Below, in pieces: positions 13,658 to 28,562 of a DNA stretch of 64,000 nucleotides. Position 1 is the first letter of the stretch; each line of letters opens with the position of its first letter. A program made the position numbers and the translations under genes. The DNA is taken from NCBI GenBank assembly GCA_013239625.1, contig MU053482.1:1215168-1279167 (forward strand), in the 5' to 3' direction. The notes under the pieces are model-generated. The model saw only the letters and a program-made list of their open reading frames with translations, was not told the origin of the DNA and searched no databases. The stretch comes from Lama guanicoe. Lineage: Eukaryota.

Positions 13658-13909
13658 AAGTTACAAAATGTACATACAGTGAAGTCACATTTAAAAATAT
13701 ATATTTATATATGCGTAACCGAATAGGAAAATTTTAAAGATTGATACACGAAAGTGTCAATAGTACTTTGAATTAAGGAATTATGGGTGATTTTTATTTC
13801 CCCCTCTTTTGATTATTTGCATTTAAAAATCTTTTTCTATGAATGATAGCTATTGATATGACTTGGGCAGTTTAAATAACCAGCAGTAATTTGAGAATTT
13901 ATTTTCTGA

Positions 13910-14882
<973 letters not shown>

Positions 14883-15639
14883 TGAGTATGAAATTAAGAG
14901 CCAGACATGTGCTCATGTGGGCGTATGCTGGGAGAGAAACCTCATCAGAGAGCACGTGTCCAAAGGAAAATTCATTTTCAGAAAGCAGCTTTCCCTTTTC
15001 CAGAGGGTTCCTAAGGCCCCATAGAAGGTCAGGGCTACGGTGTCAGAGGTCAACCCAGGAAGGGCATCTCCAGACAGACTTTGGTTTGGAAGAGGTGTGT
15101 GGTCCCAGATCCTTCCAAAGAGAGTGGCAGGTTGGTGAATTTTCCCAGTGCCCTAGGATTAGGGAGAGGCTGCAGATGTGCAAGAAACAATATGAAATTG
15201 GAAATGGCAACAGCGAACCCTCAGGCAGGGACTACAGTGAATGATTTTTGTGTGTGCTGTTGGGATGATGATATATTGAAGGTATTTGGCTCCAATCTTG
15301 TGATCCATCAGAATTGCTTCCAGACCATTAAGAATCGTGGTTACGAGCTCAAATTATAATAATAAGGATCAAGCAACAAAGACATAAATGAGAAGGAAAA
15401 TTTCCTGTGCATGAGTCCACTTAATTAAAACCGTGAGGGAGACAAGTTCCCCACCTCAGAGGCTATATTCTGAGACAGATTCATTGCAAATAGGAAAACA
15501 TTATGTGTTTGCTAATTACATCTGCCCTAAATATGAGCAATTCCATCAGGTAAACAAGATGTAAGCTGGATGCCATCCCTGAGCTAAAGGTTTCATGTAC
15601 CTTCTGAATGTAATCCTTGTAAAAAACTCCATGGGTCAT

Positions 15640-16450
15640 TATGAGAAGTGTCTTCCAAAATGAGATGATGTTTGACCTGAGTTTTGAACAAAAAAGTTAG
15701 AGAAGAATGAGCAGAGGGCATGTCCAGTGAGCATGCAGCTGATCAAAGGCAGGTAGCACTTCCATGTGCAGACCTGCACAGAGGGCTGATTGGAAGCTGT
15801 GTGGGGCAGGTGAGTGTAGGGAGGCAAGGCTGAAGGGTTCAGTAGCACCCCGTTTACGAAAGACTTGCTTGCTAAGCTAAGGGGGTTGAACTTGACTGGA
15901 GAAACTGTAGAGAACCATTGAACAATTTTAAGCAGGGGTGTGACAAGCAGGAAGATGGCAAGACCAGAGAGAGGACACTAATCAGGGAAATACTGCAATA
16001 AATTGGGCAACAACTGATTGTGTCTGCATTAAGTGTCAGTGAGACAGAGGACAGATGATGACTTGAGAGTCACTGAGAGTTGGAATACACACGGCGTGGG
16101 GACTGATAATTGAATGTGAAAAATGAGTGAGAAGGACTGAGTCTAGGATGCCTCCTGAGTTTTCGGCTTAGGCCATTGGGTGGTTGGTCTGAAGTATGTT
16201 GAGAGAGGAAACTCAAGAGGAGTTTTGGAGCACTGACTACTTTACTGGGTTTTTTTTCTGAGCACTTATTTCTCCGAAATCTAGTTCATTTATTTGCTCA
16301 TTGATTATTTCTGCCTCCCCATCTAGAATGTCAGCTCTGTGAGAATCTGGATTCCACGTTTCATGCTCAGTGCTATATCCCAGTGCCTAGAATAGTGTCT
16401 ATGTTCAGTAAATACTTGTTGGTGACTAACTAAGAGAACAAATGAATGAA
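15640..16450. mobile_element. L2 LINE fragments
   Basis: L2-like text, including the 3' end cagtgcctagaatagtgtct...cagtaaatacttgttg...aatgaatgaatg. Confidence 0.65.
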
Positions 16451-17904
16451 TGGGAGGAGGAATTGTTAGCACAGACAGAGGAGTTATTAGATATTGGTAG
16501 AAAAGGGCACATCTTATCTCTGAGTCAGAAGACAGAGAGGAGGGTGCCTGATCTATAATAGGAAGCACGTGGTCAAGCTGATCAAGTGAGAGATCCTTTT
16601 TGGCCCTGTCTTGAAATGACCTTCCTCCCTCTGAGAAGGAGCCACTCAGGGTAAGCATCGGGCCAGAGGCTGGGGAAAAGGTTAAGGATGAGCCAGCAGA
16701 AAAAGAACAGCTCCCTAAAATGCTGATGGGGAGGACTGGGTGTTAATGTAGCGTGAACTAGAATGTGCCTGAACTTTCGTGCCAGGGGTCAGGGAGGACC
16801 CCAGGCCTAGAAAGTGGTACTGGATTGGATGTGATACCTGGGCCCCTCAGGCCTTGGGGTTGCCCCTTCCCACTCTAGCTATAGCTCAGCAGAGGTCCTG
16901 AGGCTGGACTTTCTGCCTTTTCAGCCCTCTTCCTCCCTCAGACCCTGGAGACCTAAAATACTCCCTCTCCCAGCTCCACAGTGACTGAAAACTTCTCTTT
17001 CAACTTCGCTGCTTCCAGGCCTGTTGCCTCTGGAGCCCTCATCTGATGATTCAACAAGTGCTTTTTGCCCCCCACTCTTGGGTGGGCCCTGTGCTTACCA
17101 CAGGGATGGAGGAGGGAGTGGAACGTGTCCACATCCTGCACTAGCTGTCTTACTGCTCCCCTTGCCCCTGATCTGCCTCCTGCTGCTGTCTGCTGTCATG
17201 TAGGCCTTCCCACAGCATAAGTGGATCCTGTCGTTCCTTGGTGTAGACTGTTTTTGTTGTTTGCCATCAGTTATCAACAACAAAAAATCCATTCAAATCT
17301 CTCAGCCTTTTATATGAGGAAGGCCCTTCCCAAAGTGGTCCAAGCTGATTTCCAGTTTATTCTTCTCCCATAACTTACCCACATGCAATAGCTATTAAAT
17401 ATATATATATTTTCTACCCACCCTTTATGACTCAAAAATGCCATGGATTCTCTGTAAACATTTCCGGAGCCCACCCTCCCAGACCGATGGGCCCATCGTG
17501 CTCCTAGAGTCCTCATTCAATCTTCCAAGGCAGCACTAACACTCAGCCTCACATATCTGTGTGTCTGACTCCTTACCCAGACCATGAACATACTGATGTC
17601 TTCACTTCTGTACTCACAGAGCTGGGGTCAGGGCCTCTCAAGGAGGAGTCTGTAAAAATTTTCTATAGGAGAGATACTGAGAGCAGAGGCCCCTCGGGGC
17701 TTGGATCAGGGAAAGACAAACCTGTGAGCAGTCACAATCATGTGACTAGTGCTCTCTGACTTCTTGTTTCCAGAGGTTCTGTGCCCAAGGGTGGACTCTG
17801 GAATGCCAGTGTATTCCCCTTTCATGCACTCTTTTGTATTTATATACTGTACCCCTCCTTCACTGTTGGACATTTCCTAGTAACTACGCCTATATTAGTC
17901 ATCC

Positions 17905-18050
17905 TTTAAAAAAAAAAACTGGAGGGTGGGGGGAAGGAGAAATAATTAGGTTTTTATTTATTTATTTATTTTTTAATGGACGTCCTGGGGGCTAAACCCA
18001 GGACCTTGAGCATGCTAAGCATGCGCTATGCCACTGAGCTTTACCCACCC
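17905..18050 (-). mobile_element. Full-length tRNA-derived SINE in OLFML1 intron 2
   Basis: Reverse head catgctaagcatgcgctatgccactgagctttaccc; diverged TSD gcctatattagtcatcct/gctgtattagttattct. Confidence 0.9.
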
Positions 18051-18053
18051 TGC

Positions 18054-18600
18054 TGTATTAGTTATTCTAATGCTGTGTAACAAATCCCCACAGATTTAGC
18101 AGTTTAAAACAACATAGATTTATTATGTCAGGTTTCTGGATGCTTTGTTCAAAGTCTCACAGCATCAGGATGTTGGCTGGGCCACATTCTCACCTGGAGC
18201 TTGGGGTCCTCTTCCAAGCTCATGGACGTTGTTGGCAGAATTCACTTTCCTGTGGTTGTAGGACTGAGGCTCTCAGCTTCAAGCAGCTGCACCTCTCCAC
18301 AGACAGCTTACAATGTGTCTATTGTTCCTTCAAAGCCAGAAGGAGAGTGCCTCTTTTTGAAAAGTGCTCAGTCCCTTTTTTTAAAAGAGTTTTATCTGAT
18401 TTAGGTCAAGCCTACCCATAACCATCTTCCTTTTGATAAGCCCAAACTGATCTGGCACCTTAATCATATCTATAAAATCTCTTTATCTTTGCCTGATAAC
18501 CTAGTCAAGGGGCACCATCACAGTCACAGGTGCTGCCCTGACTTAAGGGGAGGGGATTATGTAGGGCATATCCATGGAGTGGGAATCTTAGAATTCTGGC
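18054..18600 (-). mobile_element. MLT1-type MaLR LTR
   Basis: tgtattagtt...tgctgtgtaacaaat...ttaaaacaaca...tttatt; ggcagaattcactttcctgtggttgtaggactgagg; end gggaatcttagaattctg. Confidence 0.8.
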
Positions 18601-20950
18601 CAGCTGAGCTGGTGCTGTTAATTTCCAGTACCCATCTTCTTCCCACAAGGCTTCCTATCTTCTAACTGTGGCCTGCTGGGACTGTGCCAGCTGTGCCAGC
18701 TGTGGAACTTCCAGAAATCCTTCAGATTCAAGTCAGCATCCTTGTGTGGGCAAATATGGGATTATGGGCTCAGGAGGGTTGCCGGAGTTCACACCAGGAG
18801 CTTCATTCCTACCTATGTGCTATCTTAGAGAGTTTCTTCAGAAAACCTAGAGAGAGAGGGTAACATAACTTCCTTGGAAAAGTCAACATTGTGTCTTAGG
18901 AGATTTCCAGAAAATTCTAACATCTGTCTGAGTGGTTCTCATTTATTATAGGAATATTTATTGGGCAACTACAAACGGCCAGATTGCGGGGATAATGAAT
19001 AAGGCAGATTGCTTTGTAATTAAGCCATTTCCTGTAGAGCTGTTCCAAGTCTTCAGCCTTTATTTAGAGATGATCCCCAGATGGTGGTCACGTGAAGGCC
19101 ACAATCCCAGGGATGTCTCGGGTAAGGTAAATTTTTTAGAATCTTAATTCTAACATATACATACTCTGTCTTACTTTTTGTTCTCTCTCTTTCCTTCTCT
19201 TTTCTTTCTTTCTCTCTCACACAATTTAGGACACAGTGAGTGAAAGTTACTTGAGTACAATCTAACTGATACTTTAAAGTCACTCCAAGTCTTTGGTACT
19301 ATAACTGTTATAAGTAAAGGGAAATTTCGCATTGTACTTGGCAACTCATGGCAAAGCACCATTGCCTCAGATACCCAGATTGAGAATTTATTCAACTAAC
19401 AGTTTTTGGCAGATTCCACAGGCTGCATTCTTGTATGGATCAGAAGAGTATTAACCTCTCTTTAACTTGTAAATACCTTGTGAAGAAAAATTCTCAAGGC
19501 AGTCAAAACAAGGCATTATAGCAGATTTGATTTATTTCCTATTTTGGGAAGGGTGCATGCACACTGCCTCAAGTAACCCTCTCCCTGCTGAATTAAATAA
19601 CACGTCTTTTGTTAGATCATGTTTCAGGGAAGAAAGGCTGTTGCTGCAAATTCACATGCCTCTGGGATCCATTCAGGTAGTGTAAATGTGCATGCTTCAT
19701 AGTCAAAGTCATTAAAAACAAAACAAAACAAACAAGAAAATAAGCAGGCAAAATACCTACTGGAAGCCAAACAACATATTTGTGACAATGCCCAAGGTCC
19801 ATTAGTTTGTGATGAGTGGAACAAAACATTCAGAGATGTAGGACTCTAAATTGCAACAGATGTATCTACTACAAATATCTATTATCTAGTTCATTCTCTA
19901 CTAATATCCAGACCATGTTTTGTGTGTAATGTATCTATTACACACAGGTGTAAGTGCAGGAGAGTATAAAAGTACTTGTGTGTGTGTGTGTGTGCACACC
20001 TACGTGTACACACACACACACACACGAAGTTGCTGCATCGATGGAGCCAGTGTCGCCAAAGCTATGGGTACAGCTTATCCTGTGCTGCCTCCTGGACAGT
20101 CCCATAGGTCACTGCGCTGGGTTCACAGAGATCTATGCACAGAGCACTTCTGTGTATCCAGCTGGAAAGCCCATGGTCGATGAGGATGCCTCCAGTACCA
20201 TCACTACAGATACCAACAGAAGGTCCCAAAGTTGTTTAAGCAGATGGCTTTTGGCTCCAGGTGGAGTGAACCTTCCCATTCAGTGGCAAGTTTAGTGACT
20301 GGTGACTAGTCCAGTGAAGTGACAAAGATGAGGTCAAATGAAGGACCTTGAGTACCATGCTAAGACATCAGAAATTTATTCTGTGGGCCAAAAGCATGAA
20401 TTGGCCCTAATTTCTAGGACAGTGAAGTCCACATTGACAACTTTATTGTGAGAGCTTGAAGCTTTATCACTGATGACTCGTCTAAAAGCTGTCCTTTTTG
20501 TCATCCCTGTGTCTAGAACGTCATACCTGTCACTTGATAAGTACTGACAGATGTTTATTAGCATGACTACAATTCCAGGGACTGAAGAAGTCAAGCTCAA
20601 CAACAGAGAATTTCCAGAAGCAGTCAAAATATTCATGGTTTTACAGGAATTCTCTTCTTTTTAGTGAATTCAGCATTCTTCTCCCCGAGCATATCAGCTC
20701 TTCCCTGCTGCTGTCTCATGCCTTCTATCCCCCGCAGCCTTAAGTCTGGTCTGTCACCTGGCATCCTCATCCTAATCAGTGACCTGACCTCTCTTTTTCT
20801 GTTCTTGAATCCGTGCCCATTTTTTTCACGCCCGTCACTATTTGGATGTTTCTCGTCTGGATTATACTTACAGATTCTCACCTATCTCCCTGCATCCCCT
20901 CACCCTCACCTCTATCCACCAGTTCATTCTCTACTAATATCCAGACCATG

Positions 20951-21217
20951 TTTTGTTTTGTTTTGTTTTTATTGAAGGGTAGTTTCAGATAAGTTTCAAA
21001 GCGATTCAGTTATCCCTATACATACATTTTTTTTCAGATTCTTTTCCATTATATGTTATTATAAGAAATTGAATATAGTTCCCTGTGCTATACAGTAGGT
21101 CCTTCTTATTTATCAATTTTATGTATACTACTGGTGTCTGTTAATCCCAAACTCCTAATTTATCCCTCCCCCACCCTGTCCCCTTTGGTAACCATAGTTT
21201 GTTTTCTGTGTCTGTGA
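20951..21217 (-). mobile_element. L1 3'-end fragment
   Basis: T-rich tail, gattcagttat...tatagttccctgtgctatacagtagg...ctttggtaaccat; TSD cagacca(c)tgtttt. Confidence 0.88.
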
Positions 21218-22010
21218 CAGACCACTGTTTTTGAAACATAACTCCCATTGAGTCATTCTCCAATGGAAGGACAAGTCTCATCAAGTCTGGAGAGTATTGC
21301 TGTTAAATAAGGGGAAAAATATCAAAGATTCAAATAAGTGATATTTATATATGAAGTCACTCTGAGGCCTTGGGCCAAATTCTATCCTAATTGCTTGTCT
21401 GCAATACTGCCTGAGGGGTAAACCGCAGATTTTCTTTCTCTGGTTTGCAAAATGTCAGTGTCTCACTTAAATAATTTGCATCTTGGCTGGACTCAAAGGT
21501 TTTCCTTTTTTATTTCCTATCCTTCCTCAACCTTTTACTCCTGCTAATTATCTCTTCTCAAGAGCAGCACAGCCAAGAGTTGTAACTTATTCTTTTACTC
21601 AAACACTGAAAGCATATTCTCCCCAAATTCCAAGAGAAGAGGAATTTATAAGAATTATGGAATATCCACCTGAAGAAACTATAGAGCATCTAGGCTAAAC
21701 CCCTCGTTTTACAGCTGGGAAAGCTAAGGCTGGATAGACCAAGGGACTTTTAAGGAGACACAAGGAGAACCAGAGCTGGAGTTCAGACACTCAGGTCTCT
21801 GACTCCCAGTCCAGGTTCTACAAAGGGATAGGAGAAGCCAAAGGGAGCACACGGGGACATTCTGTGGTCCCACGCACCTCCCAACGGGAACTGTTTCTCA
21901 GATCAAAACCATTTAACACTCTTTTGGTTTGCTATTTCTTCAAGGATTCTGCATTAGAAAGGAGGAGTAGGAGGAGAAAGACAAATGCCTGTTTATAGTT
22001 TCTGCTGTGT

Positions 22011-22153
22011 TTTTTTTTCCCCAGGCCTTTTTTGGGGAGTTGGTAATTAGGTTTATTTACTTATTTGTTTATTTATTTTTAATGGGACCTCATGCTTGGT
22101 AAGCATGTGCTCCACCAACCCCCAGGCCTTTTTTGGGGAGTTGGTAATTAGGT

Positions 22154-22198
<45 letters not shown>

Positions 22199-22253
22199 AT
22201 GGGACCTCATGCTTGGTAAGCATGTGCTCCACCACTGAGCTATACCCATCCCC
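22011..22253 (-). mobile_element. tRNA-derived SINE with B-box deletion and ~100-bp internal tandem duplication
   Basis: Two copies of ccccaggcc...gtaattagg(ttta)n...aagcatgtgctccacca; TSD tttctgctgt. Confidence 0.88.
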
Positions 22254-22592
22254 ACTTTCTGCTGTATTTTAAATGAACATTTTCTCACTAGTGGGACATT
22301 GAATGTGCCTTATTCTTAGATGTAGTCCCTCGTGGCTGGGCTGGAAGCCTACTGGCTTTCCTCCCAGAGGGATGGGCAGGCTAGGGGCTTCCCAGTCAAG
22401 GCACATTATCCCATCACCCTGCGAATAGGCCTCAGAGCGTCCATTACCCTCCTCTGTCCGTCTCCTGGCACATCCAGAGATGTGCCCATCCCACCTCACA
22501 CACACCATTCGCCATGTCCCTGGGGCTGGCTGGAGGTCTCCTGGCAGGTCCTGCCTTCCAGCTCAGACTCCGCTCAGGGCACCCTTAGCTGA

Positions 22593-22988
22593 GTTTCAGT
22601 CACACATATACATACGTGTATTCATTTTCATATTCTTTTCCATTGTCGGTTACAATAAGATATTGAATATAGTTCCCTGTGCTATACAGAAGAAACTTGT
22701 TGTATATCTATTTTATATATAGTAGTTAGTATCTGCAAATCTCAAACCCCCAGTTTATCTCTCCACCCCTCCTTTCCCCCATGATAACCATAAGTTTGAT
22801 TTCTGTCTGTGAGTCTGTTTCTATTTTGTATATAAGTTCATTTGTCTTTTTTTAAGAGTCTACATATAAGTGATATATGATATATTTTTTTAGATTCTAC
22901 ATATGAGTGATATCACATGATATTTTTCTTTCTCTTTCTGGCTTACCTCACTTAGAATGACGATCTCCAGGCCTATCCATGTTGCACA
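22593..22988 (-). mobile_element. L1 3' UTR fragment
   Basis: aatatagttccctgtgctataca...ccataagtttg...cacttagaatgacgatctccaggcctatccatgttgc. Confidence 0.85.
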
Positions 22989-23390
22989 TGCTGAGATATT
23001 TGAAACTTATTCTAAGGTCCAGCAGGCCCAGACTTCTCTGCCTTCCCCAGGGTAGCTTCTGTAATCCAAGCCAACCTGGACAAAGTTGACCCAGAGGCCA
23101 CAGGGACACAATCCATGTCATTAGGGTACATGGTGGCAACTTATGGCTGAGAGACTTCCACTGCTTGCCCCAAAGTCTGGGCCTGGCAAGGCCTCTGGGA
23201 GCAGCCACTGATGACCTGACCACTGAAAGGGCATGACCTTACTGGGCCTCGGCTCTTCCAGGCTGAGCTTGCTCCCCAACCCCATTCCTGCCGTATGCTC
23301 CCTTGATGACAATGTTGTGTCATATTTTTAAATGAAATGATGCATTTGAAAATATCATAAAAGCTTTCAAGTGCTTCACAAATTATTATT

Positions 23391-23626
23391 TAATTTCACA
23401 TTTATTTATTTATTTATTTATACCTGAAGTTAATCGTTTACTTTATTTTTTTAAACTTTTTTTTAATTTAATTACAATGTTGTGTCAAATTCCAGTGTAG
23501 AGCACGATTTTTCAGTTATACATGAACATACATTCATCGTCACATTCTTTTTCTCTGTGAGCCACCACAAGATCCTGTATATATTTCCCTGTGCTATATA
23601 GTACAATCTTGTTTATCTATTCTACA
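23391..23626 (-). mobile_element. L1 3'-end fragment with perfect 14-bp TSD
   Basis: TSD cacaaattattatt at 23377-23390 and 23627-23640; tttccctgtgctatatagta motif. Confidence 0.88.
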
Positions 23627-23789
23627 CACAAATTATTATTACTTCAGACAGACCTAAGGTCAACTCTGGATGTGCAGCACCGTTTAAACCCTAGAAAAAC
23701 ACCTGCTTGAATGAACCTGTCTTCCTCATTAATTCCATAGACAGTTGCTGAACCCCAGAAGCTCTCAGGAAGGCAGTAGAGTATAACAG

Positions 23790-24400
23790 AAAACATGAGG
23801 GCAAAGGCCCTGCTTCTGTGGAGCTTAGAGTCTGGTGGGGAGGACAGCACACCAGTAATTTAAACAAATAACATCATTATAGAATGCGATAAGGGAGCTC
23901 AAGGAAGTAAGAGAGATGCTGTTGTAGATCATTTTAAATTTAGATACAGTGGTCAGGGAAGTCTCTTAAGGAGATGAGACTGGAACTGAGATGCAGACAT
24001 GGGAAGCAGACATGGGAGCAGACATGGGAAGATGAAGGAAAAGAAGACTCCGGGCAGAAAGAATTGTAGGCGCTACAGCCTTAAGGCAGAAACCATCTCA
24101 TGTGCTGGAACAGAGGGAAAGCCAGTGTAATCACCATGCTATGTGCCAGGGGATGGAGAGTGGAGAATCAAGGCCCAGAGACAGGGAGAGGCCAAATCAT
24201 GTAGGTGCTTTAGACCAGGGAAGGGGTTAGGATTTTATTCCAAGTTTGGTGGGGAAAACGGTTTAACAGTTTAGTCACATTATTCATATTTTTAAACAGA
24301 TCACTCCTACTGCTTTGTGGAGAACATACTGTAGATTAGCAAAAGTAAAATCAGGGAGACAAACTGACGACTATGCAGTGGTCTAGGCAAAAGGTGAGGG
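23790..24400. mobile_element. L2 LINE fragment
   Basis: gtggtcagggaagtctc...gagatgagactggaactgaga...cagatcactc...tgctttgtggagaa, typical of L2. Confidence 0.6.
23993..24030. repeat. Three-copy 12-13 bp tandem repeat gcagacatggga(a)
   Basis: Read directly from the sequence. Confidence 0.9.
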
Positions 24401-24973
24401 TTCCTGGAGTGGTACCTTTGTAGGTATCCAAAGTTGGCTGGCTACATGCATGCATGCATTCATGAATAAATGAATAGAGGGAGGAGTAGAACTTTTATAA
24501 TGTTCTAGCAGGGTCAAGGACCAGAATCCTTCTCTAGAAGGTCATCTCCTCAAGGTGTAGGGTTGAAATTATAATTTTTGTCCTCAGTACTTAGCACTGT
24601 TCTGGGAGAGTACTGAAAGCTAAGTCCACAGCAGGTACCCAGGAAAATCTTGGCAGGCAGAATTGAATTACCCAATAAAATCTTGGCCAATGGAATTGAA
24701 TTAGGTGGTTCCACACCTAAGTCTTCTCACTGTGTCAACCTCAAGTGCTCTAGAGAGTGAGCAGGGCCTCTGACACAGCAAATAGTTGTTCATATTCTGA
24801 CTTGACTGACTTGATTAAGGCTGACTCTTATGACTGGACAGCAACTCCTTTGACAGAGATCCAATTATTCATTACATTCTTTGATTCACTGATTCCTGCA
24901 ATCGATTATGATTGATCTCTGTGCAATAATTTTATTCTAGACCCTGAAGGGGGGGGGAAAGCAATCTGTGTGA

Positions 24974-25822
<849 letters not shown>

Positions 25823-26786
25823 TGCACTATGGCCGGGAGGGAGGGTGCCGTGCCTGCTGCCCTCCAGGACACTGAGACCACAGCCCCTTTGCAAAATATA
25901 TCCCTCTAATCACATCCAGGGGTGCGGTCTGGAAGTGGGAATACAGATACATCCTTTCCCAGATGGTACTGCCATGAGTGTCTTCCAAGAGCTTAGATAA
26001 CAGTCTGTCACTCAGGAATTTTCAACAACTGCCATTACCCATCCAAACCTCCTGGCGCTCAAAGCCTTCCATGCTCTGATCCAGCTAACTTCCAGCCTTT
26101 TCTTGACTAACATTTTCTCTAACCCTCACCATCCCCACCCTCCCACTAGAAAGGTAGAGCACCTCCTAATACTCCTGGCTTTTCTCTCGTCTGGCCTTTG
26201 TTCAAGCTTTTTCCTCTTTCACAAATACTTGTTGATAGTCTTTTCGTTCTTCACTGCCCAACTAAAATACTATTTCTTATTGATGTCTAATCTCCATTTC
26301 CCCTGGTTCTGCCCCTCCAACAGGCTAGGTGGGTGTAATAATAAAGTGAAAACAGTACCTTTAAAGACAACTTTCCAGTTACAAAGTGTCCACCCCTATG
26401 TTACATCTCCTTGCACCCTTATGAGATGCAGGACAAGTCTTTACAGATGAGGAGGGTTCAGGTGAGCCATTCAAAGTAAAAAAAACTACAAAAAATGAAA
26501 GACAGAGCTAGAGCTAGAAAGTACTGCAAATCCCATAGCTTTTCCATTGTCCAAGGAAGCAGCAGATGTATATGTTTGTTCACCCAACCCTTTATAAGCA
26601 ATACATTCATCATTTCAGCCTAAAAACAATGGTCTATCCCTTTAGCAAGTTTCATGTCTGCACAAGACCTTCCTATAGACCTTTCAACAGCTACTTCGTC
26701 CAGAAAACCAGCTGAAGAGTGAGGTCCCCACTTCTAGCCTCACCTTGCCTTACCATCCCCTGCTTCTTCCTTCTTGCTTGAAATAC

Positions 26787-26812
26787 AATAAAACTGACAC
26801 TAAGCAAATAAA
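26787..26812 (+). terminator. OLFML1: Probable OLFML1 polyadenylation signals (two AATAAA)
   Basis: AATAAA at 26787-26792 and 26807-26812, ~1 kb after the stop; a proximal AATAAA also lies at 26340-26345. Confidence 0.55.
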
Positions 26813-28108
26813 CCTCCTCATATTATATTTGCCTACATACCCGCAGCATAGACGTTTCAGGAAGCGCTGCCTGTGCTTGGGTTTAACGTGAACAAGCCCC
26901 AACACCCTGAGGCCCTCGTTAAATATTCTGGAATCTGGATGAAAGCCAGTGGATAGCAGGCACAGGACACCCCACCGCAGCAGGCATGCCACGTGGCCAG
27001 GGGACAGAGGGCAGCTGTGCCCATCCAGAGGGACTTCTTCAAACTCTTTCCCATGCGTTCATCTACTGCAGCCTGGGGGTGCCAGTCTGTGTCGTGTGCG
27101 GAGGCCTCTTTCTTTCCAGGTTGGTCACATGAGAGGATTTGCTCTGTGTGTTTGCAGCTGCTTTCTTGATTCTGTCAAGCCCCGGCTGGGACCATAGGCA
27201 GGAAGAGAGGATTTTTGTTCTTTTTTTTTTTTTTCCCCATAGCATTTGAGGAGGTCCTTGGCAGAATGGAATTACTCACCCCCATGGAGAAAGTGCAGTT
27301 ACCCACCGTTCTACCAAAGTGATTTTTTTTTAACACAAAATTTGAATTCGCTTCATTTCTCCTACAGTCAACAACTTCTCTGCCTTGAATTTTAAAGCAA
27401 CAGAGGCAAATAAAATCCCCCAAATGACAAGATATCAGAAATCCAGATTCAGTTACACTTTAGTTGTAAAAATGTTCAAGCATTTTATTGGTCTGTAAAA
27501 GAACCATCATCTGGGTCAGAAATGCACTCTTTAAATCAAAGAATATTTTATACTTTAGAGAAGAAAATCAGCAGTAACATTCTCACTGAGAGTCCCAATC
27601 CATTCAGGAATGAGGCAGGTATGAATAAATAAACATGGGGACTCCATGGGTTTGGGGACATCAGCTGCCGCATGGGTAACATAACATTATCTATTTCACA
27701 GAGAAAAGGACCGGGCTGCCTCACAGAGGAAAGTAGTGGGGGAATTCTCAGTGAGTGGAACTATGCGAAAGTCCTGCACACAGTTCCTTTAGAGGTACAG
27801 AGAGCTAGCTGGTAACGTGCTGTCTGCCTTTCATCTGTGATGGCTTTGATTTGAGAGTTCTACAGGGCACACTTGCCACTACCACCAACAACCCACTCTA
27901 GTGTCTTAAATTCCTGCAGCTAGAATCACTTTTTTAAGTTGAGACATTTTCTCCAGGAAGCCTCTGTTGATGGACCATTTTGTTTCCTGGGAGCCAGGGC
28001 TGGACATGCAGGCCCATGAATACTTCTTGGGTTTCTGTTAGATAAATTTTTCAATGGTGGGTCTCTTGTTGGATTTTAGTGAGGAATGAAGTTCCTAAGA
28101 CCTAGGGC

Positions 28109-28292
28109 AGTGGTTTTTAAACTTGACTGCACCTAAGAACCACCTGAGGAGCTTTTAAAAATCCTAATGCCAGGTCATACTCCCAGACTATGACATTAGA
28201 GCCTCTGGAGGTGGGCCCAGACAGTACTGTATTCCTTAAGCCCCCTCTCCCAAAGTGGTTCCAATGTGTGAGTAAGCCGGAAAGTCAGTGAC
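28109..28292. mobile_element. MER5A-like hAT-Charlie DNA transposon relic
   Basis: cagtggtttttaaacttgactgcac...aaccacctgaggagcttttaaaaatcctaatgcc. Confidence 0.75.
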
Positions 28293-28304
28293 TTACATAC
28301 ACCA

Positions 28305-28562
28305 TTTAAAAAGTGAAGTATAGCTGATTTACAGTATTGTGTTAGTTTCAGGTGTATAGTAAAATGATTCAGTTATACATATATACTTTTTCAGATTCTT
28401 TTCCATTATAGGTTATTACAAGTTATAGAATCTAGTCCCCTGTGCTATACAGTAGAACCTTGTTGTTTATCTATTTTATATATAGTAGTTTGTATCTGCT
28501 AATCCCAAACTCCTAATTTACCCCTCCCCTCCTTTCCCTTTGGTAACCATAAATTTGTTTTC
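28305..28562 (-). mobile_element. L1 3'-end fragment
   Basis: gaagtatagctgatttaca...gattcagttatacat...ccctttggtaaccataaatttgtttt. Confidence 0.88.
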
